Shown here one piece after another: positions 24,447 to 34,900 of a stretch of DNA of 52,458 nucleotides. Under the pieces are notes generated by a model. The model saw only the letters and a program-made list of their open reading frames with translations. It was not told the DNA's origin and made no database searches. Source of the DNA: a virus (Duplodnaviria > Caudoviricetes); the IMG/VR virus record IMGVR_UViG_3300027754_000128, positions 1 through 52,458 of that record; one strand, 5' to 3'. Every line of letters begins with the position of its first letter. Positions within the stretch are counted from its first letter, which is position 1. Both the position numbers and the translations under genes were made by a program.

Positions 24447-27221
24447 ATAGCTAAGGTTCTCCACCAGATCCTGGCTCTGAACCGCGGGCTTGTCTCGCGG
24501 CTTGCGCTTGCCAGGACCGATCTCAAGCGCATGGCGCTGTCGGCCGACACCTACCAGAACTTCATGCCTCGCGTGATGGGCTCGATGATGCTGCGGCCGG
24601 GCCTCGAGTACATCGGCTCGACCAAGTCCAACGCGGCGTCGTTCCACATACCGTTCGTTCACGCGACGAGCGACACGGCGATCATCGAACTGACCAACAG
24701 CGTGATGCGCGTGCGGATCGATGAGGTGGTGATCACCCGGCCGGCCGTCACCTCGAAGCTCAACGACTGGAACGGCGCGGCCTTCGTGGCAGGCACCAAC
24801 GTCTCCAGCCTGTTCGTCAACCTGGCCGATGTCGACCTGTGGCAGGACAGCGATGCGTCGGGCGGCGTCTCGACCTTCGCGACAGGCGGTTACATGAGCC
24901 TGCTCGGCAATGGCGTCGCGGCGGCAATCCGAGATCGATCGGTCGCCGTGTCCGGTGCCAACATCAGCGTCGAGCATGCGCTGGCCATCGTCGTCAATCG
25001 CGGCAACGTCACCCTGCGGATCGGCTCGACACTGGGCGGGGACGAGTACCTGACCGACAGAACCCTGCGACCCGGCCAGCATTCCATTGCCATCACGCCG
25101 ACGGGCGACTTTTTCATCCGCCTGTCCAATGCCGACGACATCACCGCCCTGGTCGACAGCGTGACGCTGGGCCAGTCGGCGGGCGACATGGAGCTCACAA
25201 CCCCGTGGGCTGCCGCCAACCTCCAGTACGTCCGCTACGAGCAGTCTGGCGACGTGATCTTCGTGGCCTGCGACGGCATCGTCCAGAAGCGCATCGAGCG
25301 CCAGGGCGCGACCTCTCCGCGCTCGTGGTCGGTGGTCGACTACCATCCCGACGACGGCCCCTTCATGTCGCTGAACACAGGCCCCGTGCGGCTCAAGGGA
25401 TCGGCGCTGACCGGCGACATCACGCTGACGGCAGAGACCGCCTTCTTCAAGTCGACCAACGTCGGCTCGCTGTTCCGGCTGACTTCCGCCGGCCAGCAGG
25501 TGACCAAGCGCATCCAGGCGCAGAACACCTTCTCCAACTACATCCGCGTGACCGGCATCTCGACGGGGCGCGTGTTCAACATCACCCTGACTGGGCCGAC
25601 CTTCACCGCCACGACCACGGTGACGCTGCAGCGGTCGGTCGGCACGCCGGGCTCGTGGACCGATGTCACGACCTACACGGCCGTCAACAACGTCAACTAC
25701 AACGACACGCTCGACAACCAGATCATCTACTACCGGATCGGCGTAAAGACCGGCGCCTACACGGCAGCCGACGACCTGACGGCGGCCCTGACGTTCTCTG
25801 CCGGCACGATCACTGGCGTCGTGCGGGCGACCGAATACCTGACCACAACGACGATGAGCGCGTCTGTGCTGACGGATCTCGGCCAGGCCGATGTCTACAC
25901 ACAGGACTGGTACGAGGGCGCGTGGTCGCCCCGCCGCGGCTACCCGTCGAGCGTCTGCCTGTTCGACGGTCGCCTGTTCTGGGCCGGCAAGGACAACATC
26001 TGGGGGTCGGCGTCCGACCTGTTCGACAGCTTCGATGACCTCGACACCGAGGCGGGCGATGCCAAGACGATCAAGAAGTCGCTGGGCTCAGGACCTGTCG
26101 ACAGCGTCAACTGGCTCCAGCCGGTGCTGCATCTCCTGATCGGCACGCAGGGCGCATCGATCGTCGCCAAGGCGTCGTCCTTCGATGAGCCTCTGACGCA
26201 GACCAAGTTCGGCCTGAAGCCGGTGAGCAACAGCGGCACCTCGTCCATCATGGCGGCGCGCATCGACACCTCGTGCATCTTCGTCTCGCGGTCGACCAGC
26301 CGCGTCACCGAGCTGTCCTACGACGGTGGCTCCTACACCTACGTCCCCAACGATTTGACGGCAGTGATCCCTGAGATCGGCCTGCCGGGCGGCTTTGTGC
26401 GCGTCGCCGTCCAGCGTCATCCCGACACCCGCGTTCACTTCGTGCGCGCCGATGGCACGGTCTGCGTGCTGCTGTTCGACAAGATCGAGGGTGTCACCTG
26501 CTGGGTGACAGTCGTCACCGATGGCACGGTCGAGGATGTCGTCGTCCTGCCAGGCTCATCGACGGCGCCGGAAGAGGATCGCATCTACTACGTCGTCAAC
26601 CGCACGATCGGCGGCGTGACCAAGCGGTACCTCGAGCGGTGGGCCTTCGAGGCCAAGGCGCAGGGTGCTGCCGACACGCGGCTGGGCGACTCCGGCGTCT
26701 ATCGCAGCAGTGCTGCCTCGGTTACGGTAACCGGCCTGACGCACCTCGAGGGCGAGCAGGTCGTCGTGTGGGCCGATGGCGTGTGCCTGGCCGACGGCGA
26801 GAACCCCAAGCTGTTCACCGTCACGAGCGGCGCGATCACCCTCGATACCGCAGCGTCCGTCGTCTACGCCGGCCTGCCCTATACCGCCAAGTGGCGCTCG
26901 GCCAAGCTCGCCGTCGCGTCGCAAGCCGGCGCCCCGCTGACACAGCGTAAGAAGGTGGAAAGCCTCGGCGTCGTGCTGGCGGACACCCACCACAAGGGCC
27001 TCAAGTACGGCCCGACCTTCGACATCCTGGATGCCCTTCCTCAGATGGAAGCCGGCAAGCCTGTCGCCACCGACTACATCTGGACGGCCTACGACGCTCC
27101 GTCCTTCGAGTTCAATGGCGAGTGGACGACCGATGCCCGCATCTGCCTGCAGGCTGTGGCGCCGCGTCCCTGCACCGTTTTGGGCATCATTATGGGCGTG
27201 GAATCGCACGATAAACTATGA
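24447..27221 (+). CDS. Tail tubular protein B / nozzle (T7 gp12-like); true start probably ATA at 24447
   Basis: QSGDVIFVAC, GYPSSVCLFDGRLFWAG, VYAGLPY motifs; N-terminal NRG.VS segment lies upstream of the first ATG (24531). Confidence 0.85.
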   Translation: MAKVLHQILALNRGLVSRLALARTDLKRMALSADTYQNFMPRVMGSMMLRPGLEYIGSTKSNAASFHIPFVHATSDTAIIELTNSVMRVRIDEVVITRPAVTSKLNDWNGAAFVAGTNVSSLFVNLADVDLWQDSDASGGVSTFATGGYMSLLGNGVAAAIRDRSVAVSGANISVEHALAIVVNRGNVTLRIGSTLGGDEYLTDRTLRPGQHSIAITPTGDFFIRLSNADDITALVDSVTLGQSAGDMELTTPWAAANLQYVRYEQSGDVIFVACDGIVQKRIERQGATSPRSWSVVDYHPDDGPFMSLNTGPVRLKGSALTGDITLTAETAFFKSTNVGSLFRLTSAGQQVTKRIQAQNTFSNYIRVTGISTGRVFNITLTGPTFTATTTVTLQRSVGTPGSWTDVTTYTAVNNVNYNDTLDNQIIYYRIGVKTGAYTAADDLTAALTFSAGTITGVVRATEYLTTTTMSASVLTDLGQADVYTQDWYEGAWSPRRGYPSSVCLFDGRLFWAGKDNIWGSASDLFDSFDDLDTEAGDAKTIKKSLGSGPVDSVNWLQPVLHLLIGTQGASIVAKASSFDEPLTQTKFGLKPVSNSGTSSIMAARIDTSCIFVSRSTSRVTELSYDGGSYTYVPNDLTAVIPEIGLPGGFVRVAVQRHPDTRVHFVRADGTVCVLLFDKIEGVTCWVTVVTDGTVEDVVVLPGSSTAPEEDRIYYVVNRTIGGVTKRYLERWAFEAKAQGAADTRLGDSGVYRSSAASVTVTGLTHLEGEQVVVWADGVCLADGENPKLFTVTSGAITLDTAASVVYAGLPYTAKWRSAKLAVASQAGAPLTQRKKVESLGVVLADTHHKGLKYGPTFDILDALPQMEAGKPVATDYIWTAYDAPSFEFNGEWTTDARICLQAVAPRPCTVLGIIMGVESHDKL

Positions 27222-27580
27222 CCGTGACCTTCACCGAGGCGACCTCCGAGATGGCGACTGCCTACTATGGCTGCCAGCCGCCGTATTCGTTCAAGGGCTA
27301 CGTTGCCCTGCACGATGGCCGCCCGATCGGCATTGGCGGGGTGTTCTTCTCTGGCGACAGGCCGGTGGCCTTCAGCGACATGAAGGACGAGATGCGGCCC
27401 ATGCTGAAGGCGAAGGCTCGCGCCGTGCGCGTGCTGGAGACGCTGATCCGCAGCTTCAAGGTGCCGGTCTACGCCGTCGCCGCCGAAAGCACGAGCGTCG
27501 GCCTGCTGACCAAGCTGGGCTTCACCGATACCCACGAGAAGGCCAGCGCGGGGCCTGTGATGATGCGGGAGCCGACATGA
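27218..27580 (+). CDS. GNAT-like protein (T7 gp13-like position)
   Basis: PIGIGGV...LLTKLGF. Confidence 0.6.
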   Translation: MTVTFTEATSEMATAYYGCQPPYSFKGYVALHDGRPIGIGGVFFSGDRPVAFSDMKDEMRPMLKAKARAVRVLETLIRSFKVPVYAVAAESTSVGLLTKLGFTDTHEKASAGPVMMREPT

Positions 27581-28035
27581 GGGTCCAACCCAGCACCGTG
27601 GCTGAAATCTCTGCTGCCGCCTCTTTTCCGGCGCTGCTGGCCGAGTATGCCGCCGAGTCCTCGATCGAAGGGATGCCGTCTCCCAACGCCAGGATGGAGA
27701 CCTACCGCGAGCTTGAGGCGAAGGGGATGCTGCACGTCATCAGCGCGGTCAACGATGACGGCGAGCTGGTCGGCTTCATTTCTGTGCTGGCCGCGCCTCT
27801 GCCGCACTACGGCATGTCCGTCGCCGTGTCCGAGAGCTTCTTTGTCGCCAAGGCGCACCGCGGCAGCGGGGCTGGCATCAAGCTGCTGCGCGACGCCGAG
27901 GAGAGGGCGCGTGTCATCGGCTCGCCAGGTCTGCTGGTCAGCGCACCCTACGCCGGCAAGCTGTTCGAGCTGCTGCCCCGCCTTGGCTACGCCGAGACCA
28001 ACCGCATCTTTTTCAAGAGGACGGTCGATGCTTGA
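27577..28035 (+). CDS. GNAT acetyltransferase
   Basis: FFVAKAHRGSGAGIKLL acetyl-CoA motif; RLGY. Confidence 0.85.
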   Translation: MRVQPSTVAEISAAASFPALLAEYAAESSIEGMPSPNARMETYRELEAKGMLHVISAVNDDGELVGFISVLAAPLPHYGMSVAVSESFFVAKAHRGSGAGIKLLRDAEERARVIGSPGLLVSAPYAGKLFELLPRLGYAETNRIFFKRTVDA

Positions 28036-28462
28036 CATCGCTGTACGTCCCGTCATCCCCGCGATGGATACACGCTCTGTCGATGTCGTTCGTCGCCTGG
28101 AAGCCGCTTCGCTTGCCGAGATGCCGCAAGTCGAGATCCGCATCGATCATGTCCTGCATGCCGGCATGTACGCGCGCACGGCATTCCTGCCGGCGGGTGC
28201 GATGATTACCGGCGTCGAGATCAGGATCGAGACACTGCTGATCGTTCACGGCGATGCCATCGTCTGGATCGGTGCCGACGATGGTAGCCGGCGCCTGTCG
28301 GGCTTCAATGTCGTGGCCGCCGCAGCCGGTCGCAAGCAGGCGTTCATCGCCGAGACCGACACGCATCTCACGATGGTTTTTCCCACGTCGGCAAAGACGG
28401 TCGAGCAGGCCGAGGCCGAGTTTACTGCTGAAGCCCACATGCTTCAGTCGCGGAGGGTGTGA
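28028..28462 (+). CDS. Cupin-like protein
   Basis: H.LHAGMYART..LPAG..ITG...AAAGRKQA. Confidence 0.65.
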   Translation: MLDIAVRPVIPAMDTRSVDVVRRLEAASLAEMPQVEIRIDHVLHAGMYARTAFLPAGAMITGVEIRIETLLIVHGDAIVWIGADDGSRRLSGFNVVAAAAGRKQAFIAETDTHLTMVFPTSAKTVEQAEAEFTAEAHMLQSRRV

Positions 28463-29166
28463 TGTCGGGTGTATCGACAGCGACGATGCTGGCGGTCGGC
28501 TCTGCCGCCATGACGGTGGTCAGCGGCGTGATGTCGTTCGCAGGCTCGCAGAACCAGGCCGGCGCGCAGGAGCAGGCGGGCCGCGTGGCACAGCAGAACG
28601 CCATCCTGCGCCAGCAGCAATTGGAAGCGCAGGCGCGTCAGCAGGAGGGCGAGGCCGCCCAGAACCGTGCCGCCGCCAACGACAGCGCCGCGGCGGGGCA
28701 ACGCCAGATGATCGAGGCCAAGCGCAAGGGCGCGATCATGGCGGGCCGGGCGCAGGCCGTGATGGGCGCGTCGGGTGCCGGCGTCGATCCGTCGATGACG
28801 GCGGGGCTTCTCGCCGAGGGCAACTATGCGGGTGATGTCGCCAACTTCGAGGGCCAGCAGCGCGAGCGTGGCTACAAGAACGCCGCCAACGTGAACGACT
28901 ATCAGGCGGCCTACTCCCGCTACAGCGGAAAGGGTGCCGTATGGCAGGGCGCGCAGACGCAGGCGGCCTACAACACAGCCGCCGGCAATACACGGTCGGC
29001 GGCCACGGGTGCCTTGATCGGCTCTGTCGCCAAGGCAGGCATTGGCCTCGCGGCGCAGTACGGCGGGGATTGGGGTGGGGGTGATACAGGCGTAGCCCAA
29101 AGCGAAACAGCCGCCGCCTACGCAACCCGCGGTATGGCCCCGATCATCTACGACCCGCTCGTCTGA
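28462..29166 (+). CDS. Internal virion/ejection protein (T7 gp14-like)
   Basis: Ala/Gln-rich, hydrophobic N-terminus, GASGAGVD motif. Confidence 0.75.
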   Translation: MSGVSTATMLAVGSAAMTVVSGVMSFAGSQNQAGAQEQAGRVAQQNAILRQQQLEAQARQQEGEAAQNRAAANDSAAAGQRQMIEAKRKGAIMAGRAQAVMGASGAGVDPSMTAGLLAEGNYAGDVANFEGQQRERGYKNAANVNDYQAAYSRYSGKGAVWQGAQTQAAYNTAAGNTRSAATGALIGSVAKAGIGLAAQYGGDWGGGDTGVAQSETAAAYATRGMAPIIYDPLV

Positions 29167-29582
29167 TGTCCGTCGCCGCCTTCATCGCCGCTCGTGCGAA
29201 GCGCCCAGAACCGGCGCCGGAGAAGGCTGAGACCGAATCCGATGCCGCCGAGATCAAGGGCCTCGACAGCGTCATCAAGGCGATCGAGGGGCTGGGCGAG
29301 ATCCTGAAGGATCAGGCCAAGGCCGACGCCGAGGACGACAAGGCAGAGCGCGAGGCGATGGCGAAGGTCATGCAGGAGGTCGGGCAGGAATTGACGCAGA
29401 TCGTCCCGGCCATTGCCGCCGCTGTCGGTGCCGCCATCCAGGCGCGCGAGGCGCAGCAGGACGCGCAACTGAAGATGATCTGCGACGCGCTGTGCGCGAT
29501 GAAAGACGACACCGCTGCGGCACAGGATAAAACCAATGCGCTGCTCGAGCGCATCGCCGACTCTATGAAGGATATGGCCTGA
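29166..29582 (+). CDS. Coiled-coil hypothetical protein
   Basis: TGATG-coupled at both ends. Confidence 0.6.
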   Translation: MSVAAFIAARAKRPEPAPEKAETESDAAEIKGLDSVIKAIEGLGEILKDQAKADAEDDKAEREAMAKVMQEVGQELTQIVPAIAAAVGAAIQAREAQQDAQLKMICDALCAMKDDTAAAQDKTNALLERIADSMKDMA

Positions 29583-31978
29583 TGGGCGTTGTCATTCCCG
29601 ATGCTGCCGACTACGGCACCCCTGTCCCGCGCGCAGCGACGACCGTCCAGTCCTATGGTGTCGGCCAGCCTGTCCAGCAGGATGTCGCCGCATGGACCTA
29701 CGCCGCGCAGTCCGCCAAGGCCGCCGCCGATAGCGACGCCAAGGCGATGGAAGGCGTGGGCGTCGAGATTGCCAAGTGGTCCGACCAGCTCCAGACCACG
29801 CAGGCGCAGGACAGCCTCAACCAGTTGCGCGCACGCCGGCAGGAACTGACGACCGGCGACAACGGCTTTATGAAGGTGCAGGGCGGCAACGTCGTCAATC
29901 CGGCGGGCGGGCAGGGTACTTCGATCTACGAGACGTTCCCGACCCAGTTCCAGGGCCACGCCGACGACATTGGCTTGAAGCTCTCTGGCAAGGCCGCGAT
30001 GCTCTACAAGCAGGCGATGGCGGCCGAGATCACCGGCTTCAAGAGCGACGTTGCCCGGCACGGCCTTGCGGAGGGCGAGAAGTACCGCGGCGCCGTGTAC
30101 AAGGACTTGCAGACCCAGCTCGACAACAAGATCGCCTCCTCGAGCGACCCGGCCGAGGTCGACAAGGGGATCGCCGACAAGATCGCGTCAGCTACGCAGT
30201 ACGCAATCTCGATCGGCATGCCGGGCGCTGCGGCGGCAAAGGCTGCCGGTTCCGACGCTGCCATGCTGGTGATCCAGAAGGCGGTCAATACCGGCGACAG
30301 CGGCGCGGCGTCGGCTGCCCTCACGAAGTACGGCACCTACCTCGACGCCAAGGACCGCATCAGGGTCGACGGCCTGGTGAAGACGCTTGCAAATCAGGAC
30401 TCTGCGGTCTCCGAGGCCGGCGCCATTCGCGCCAGTGTACTGGGCGGCGGCACAGGCGGTGATCTGGACAACAATATCGGCAACATCACGACCAGCCAGT
30501 TCCAGTATTCTGGCGGCAAGGGCGCTCCAAAGGGAGCCTTTGAGACATTCCAGACGCCGGAACATGGCGTCGCTGCCGCCTATCATACGGTTCAAGCAAA
30601 GGCGAAGCAGAACGGCGGCACGATTTCGTTCATCGAACTGATCGGTGGCAACGGCAAGGTGAAGGGCTGGGCGCCGGCCGCTAACGGTAGTTCTGATCCA
30701 CTCCTCAAGGGCAACGACCCCAACTCCTATGCAGCGCGTCTTGCTGCGGCTGTCGGGCTGAAGCCAGGCGATGCCGTCCCCGTTGGGGATGATGCGAAGA
30801 TGCAAGCCATTCTTCGCATGATGAACGTACACGAGAAGGGTAAACAAACAGTCAAGGACGATGCCTTCGGCCGCGGCATTCAGTTGGCTAAGGGTGACAC
30901 GTCTGTTGTCGCCGCGCCCGCTGCCAAGCGTTCGTCAGACCCGCTCTTCGATGACGGGCCGGCTGTAGACCCGATGAGAGACCCGCTCGGCGGCAAAGAC
31001 AATGTAGTGGCGGGCCAGGAGAACGGGGCTCTCTACAAAGACCCCGATGCCCTGCTGTACCAACTCAACCAGCAGTTTGCCGCCATGACGCGCGCGAACC
31101 AGGAGCGTTTCGCCACCAACATCGGAAAGCGCACCCTAGTCCAGACGGAACTGGAACTCTGGCACACGGCGCAGAAGAAGCAGATCGAACAGATGCGCCT
31201 CGCGCAAAAGGTGAACCTGAACCAGGTGATGACGACCGGCGGTCCTGACGGCAAGGGGCCGACCCACGAGAAGCAGATCCCGACCGAGCTGTGGGCGCAG
31301 CTCTCGTTCCGCGAGCGCGAGAGCGTGACCAATATCATCAAGCACAATGCCAAAGGCACCGAGGCCGTGACCGACCAGCAGCACTGGTATGAGATCCAGC
31401 GCGGCCTGACGAGCGCCGACCCCGTGGAGCGCCAGAAGTGGGCCGACTACGACCTGTGGCAGTCGAAGGACAAGCTCGACAACAAGGATCTGCAGGAACT
31501 GGCGAAGATGCAGGGCGTCGTCCGCAGGGGCGATCCCGACAAGCAGACGACGCATGTCCGCAACATCAATCAACTGGTCGATGATACGTTGCTAAAGCTG
31601 AGGATCGACAGCACGCCCAAGGCCGGGTCGAACGATGCCACGAAGGCATACGAGTTCCGGCGCTTCGTGCAGGATCAAATCACCGCGCTTGAAGCGACAC
31701 AGCCCGGCAAGAAGGCAACCACCGAGCAGCAGCAGAATATCATCGACCGCGCGGCGCTCGACATCGTCATGAAGAAAGGCAGGCTCTGGGACGACACGAA
31801 GCCGCGCTACGCCCTTACCATCAAGGACATCCCCGCCGAGGACAAGACCAAGATCATCGACGCCCTGACGCGCAAGAACGCAGCAGAAGCCGCCGCCACA
31901 AAGACGCAACCCAAGGCAATCTCGGAGAGTGACATCATCGACGCATTCGCACGCAAGAACGCCCAGGCCCCGAAATGA
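29582..31978 (+). CDS. Internal virion/ejection protein (gp15-like) with lysozyme-like insert
   Basis: 798 aa helical; NNIGNI...F.TPEHG...WAP...NDPNSYA segment. Confidence 0.75.
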   Translation: MGVVIPDAADYGTPVPRAATTVQSYGVGQPVQQDVAAWTYAAQSAKAAADSDAKAMEGVGVEIAKWSDQLQTTQAQDSLNQLRARRQELTTGDNGFMKVQGGNVVNPAGGQGTSIYETFPTQFQGHADDIGLKLSGKAAMLYKQAMAAEITGFKSDVARHGLAEGEKYRGAVYKDLQTQLDNKIASSSDPAEVDKGIADKIASATQYAISIGMPGAAAAKAAGSDAAMLVIQKAVNTGDSGAASAALTKYGTYLDAKDRIRVDGLVKTLANQDSAVSEAGAIRASVLGGGTGGDLDNNIGNITTSQFQYSGGKGAPKGAFETFQTPEHGVAAAYHTVQAKAKQNGGTISFIELIGGNGKVKGWAPAANGSSDPLLKGNDPNSYAARLAAAVGLKPGDAVPVGDDAKMQAILRMMNVHEKGKQTVKDDAFGRGIQLAKGDTSVVAAPAAKRSSDPLFDDGPAVDPMRDPLGGKDNVVAGQENGALYKDPDALLYQLNQQFAAMTRANQERFATNIGKRTLVQTELELWHTAQKKQIEQMRLAQKVNLNQVMTTGGPDGKGPTHEKQIPTELWAQLSFRERESVTNIIKHNAKGTEAVTDQQHWYEIQRGLTSADPVERQKWADYDLWQSKDKLDNKDLQELAKMQGVVRRGDPDKQTTHVRNINQLVDDTLLKLRIDSTPKAGSNDATKAYEFRRFVQDQITALEATQPGKKATTEQQQNIIDRAALDIVMKKGRLWDDTKPRYALTIKDIPAEDKTKIIDALTRKNAAEAAATKTQPKAISESDIIDAFARKNAQAPK

Positions 31979-34900
31979 GCGGCCCCGACGAGCTCCAGCC
32001 CGCCGCTCCCGTTGACGACGGTCTGGCGCAACTGACGGCCGACCGCAATGCAGCCGATGTTCCGCCGCCGCCCACGCCGCCTGCCAGTGCGCCTGGCCCC
32101 GCCGTCACGAACGAGTACGATGCTCTTCTGGCAGAGGCGCCCGCGAAGCCGGTCAACGAATACGACGCCGTCGTGGAGGATCTGTCCCGCGAGCGCAAAC
32201 AGACTGTGCGCGGGAACCTCATTGGCGCGCAGGCGACCACGCCAGAAGCCGCCGCGAAGTCTCTCGACCTGTCGCGCAAGACCGGCCTGCCGGCTGACAT
32301 GGTCGAGCGAAACTTGCCCAAAGTCGAGGCCGATCACAGGCTGAACGAATACGACGCCATCCTCAACGCTTCGCCCAAGACGCAGACATGGATCGCGGGC
32401 GACCCGACGAACGCCAAGGTGGCGGGCGATGAGGTCAAGAGGTTGGCCGAGATCGAAGCCATCCTGAAGCCAAGGAACATGTACGACCGCAACAGGCCGA
32501 GCAAGGCCTCGCGCTCGATCGACAGCGAGTCGGCGGATTGGGAGGCGACGGCGTTCGGTCGTGCGGGCGGTATCGTCTATGATAACAAGGCGCCCGCCGC
32601 CGCTCCGCTCTACCAGTCGCAGTGGATGTCTGGCGTCGAGAATATGGCGCAGGGCTTCAACAAGATGTCGAACCTCAATATCGCCCGCGATATTCGGACG
32701 TTCGACGCGATCGACCAGGGTAAGCCTGTCAATACGGCTGATGATCCCTATGGCTACAAGGACATGTCGAGTGACCAGCGCGCCCAGACGCGCACGCTCG
32801 CCGAGGTCCAGATCGTCAAGAACGTCGCGGCTCTCAAGCGGTCGACCGCCTTCGTCGCCGATCTGCCGCGCAACCAGAACGTCCAGCCGTTCTTCGATGC
32901 CCTCGATGATGTGCAGGCCAAGGATATGCTTTCCGTTCTGACGGATGCTCTCGGCAAGATGTCGGCGGGGATGAATGGCGCCCCGCAGGCTGGCACTGCT
33001 GGCCCTTCGCCATTGGCCGCGGCCGGCAAGATATTCGCGTCCGATTCGCTGGGTATCATGCAGCAGCTTGCGGTGGAAACGACGCCCAACATGCTCCCGA
33101 TCATCGCGGGTTCGATCGTGGGTGGTCCTGTCGGCACTTTCCTGGCATCGCAAGCTGTCGATTTCCCGTCGCGAACCGACGACTGGATCAAGCAGGAACT
33201 GGCGAAGGAAAACAAGACCGGCGTCGAGTTCATTAATGTCAACGATCCCGAGGCCGTGCAGGCATATCTGCGCGCCAACCCCGCCTTCGCCGAGAAGGCG
33301 CAGAGGATGGGATATGCTGGATCATTCGGCCCGTCTGCTGTCGACGCCGTCTCGTTCGGAGCGACCCGCCCGTTCAAACGCGGCGCAGGTTTCGCCGCGA
33401 ATACCGGACGAGTGGCCGGCAACATCGCGATGGATACCGGCCTTGAAATGGTTGGTGAGGCCGCCGGGCAGATCATCAGCGGACAGGACGAGATCAAACT
33501 CAGTGAGATTGTCGCCGAGGGATTGGGCGCGTTCCCGCATGGCGCCTCCAATACCGTTGTCGCAACGGCGCGGGAAGCATCCCGCGCCAGTACCGAGGCC
33601 AAGACCGAGGCCGCCGTCAAGGAGATCAAGGCGACCATCACGGCCGCCAACGAGTTCCTGACCGACCTGCGGACGCACGTCGCGGAGACGGAGACGCTGA
33701 CGCTCGATGACCTTGTCGACAAGGTGCAGGGCAGCACCCTCCACAAGCTGTCGCCCGAGAAGATGAAGGACTTCCTCGAGTCGCTGTCTCCTGACGAGCA
33801 GAAGGCCGACGTGTTCATCTCGTCGGATGCGGTCAGCACGCTGTTCCAGGACATGTCGGTCCTGGAGCGCGATACGCTGGCCGAGAACCTCGGCATCACC
33901 GAGCAGCTCAATTCGCTGGGCCTCAACGCCAACACCGACATCGTGATCCCGCTGCCGGTCTACCTGACGGCGATCGGCGATGCTCACAAGGCGTGGCGCG
34001 ACGACGTTCGCATGGACTTCATGGGGTTCTCCAACCGGGAGGCCATTGCGGAGGGCAAGGCCAAGGCCGAGGAGACCGCCGCTGCGGTGGCGCGCTTCGA
34101 GGAGCAGGTCGCTGCCGGCGTGCAGGATAGCCCGCAGGAGATCGTCTACCAGCAGGTGTTGGGGATGCTGAAGGCGAACGGCTTCACCAATGAGCAGGCT
34201 TCCCAGCAGGCTGCCTATGCTGCCTCGCGCTACCATGCTCGTGCGGTTCGCAGCCCGCAGATGTTCACCGACGCCCTGGATGCGTTCACGCAGTACCCGT
34301 TCACCATCCGCTCGCACCTGGGCGACGGCATCCGGGTGATCGGCCCTGACCAGCTCGACATCATGCTCGACAGCATCCGGTCGGGCAAAGATCCGGTGAT
34401 CACGCCGGCCTTCGCCCACATCGAGGCGCGCAAAGCTGCGGCCGAGGCAGAGTTGTCGACGGTCCTCGGCGAGGCACCTGTCGTCAAGACGCCCAAGCAG
34501 ATCGCGGACGAACGCAAGGCTGCCGCGCTGGGCGTGTTCCAGGCTCGCCGTCAGGAACTGGCAGACTGGCTCGAGAGCCGCGGCCTCGACCTCAAGACGG
34601 CGACCAACGCGCAGATCCGCGCCGAGATCGAGAAGGTCCAGAAGGGGACCAGCTACAACCAAGACGATGTTCTGGTTGTTAAGCAGCCCCTTTCCGACAG
34701 TTTGATCATGGTCGCCCAGCGTGGCGATCGGGCGACTGGTAATCGGCTTCTCCTGTCTACTGAAGAGAAGGCGGCCATTGCCGCGTCTGTCGGGCCGAGC
34801 GGTCTATCGGTTGCAGAAATCACCGCGACCGTTCGCAAGCACAAACTGGCCCATCCGCCGGCACAGAACTGGGAGCCTCTGGTCTTCATCAAGGCCCGCC

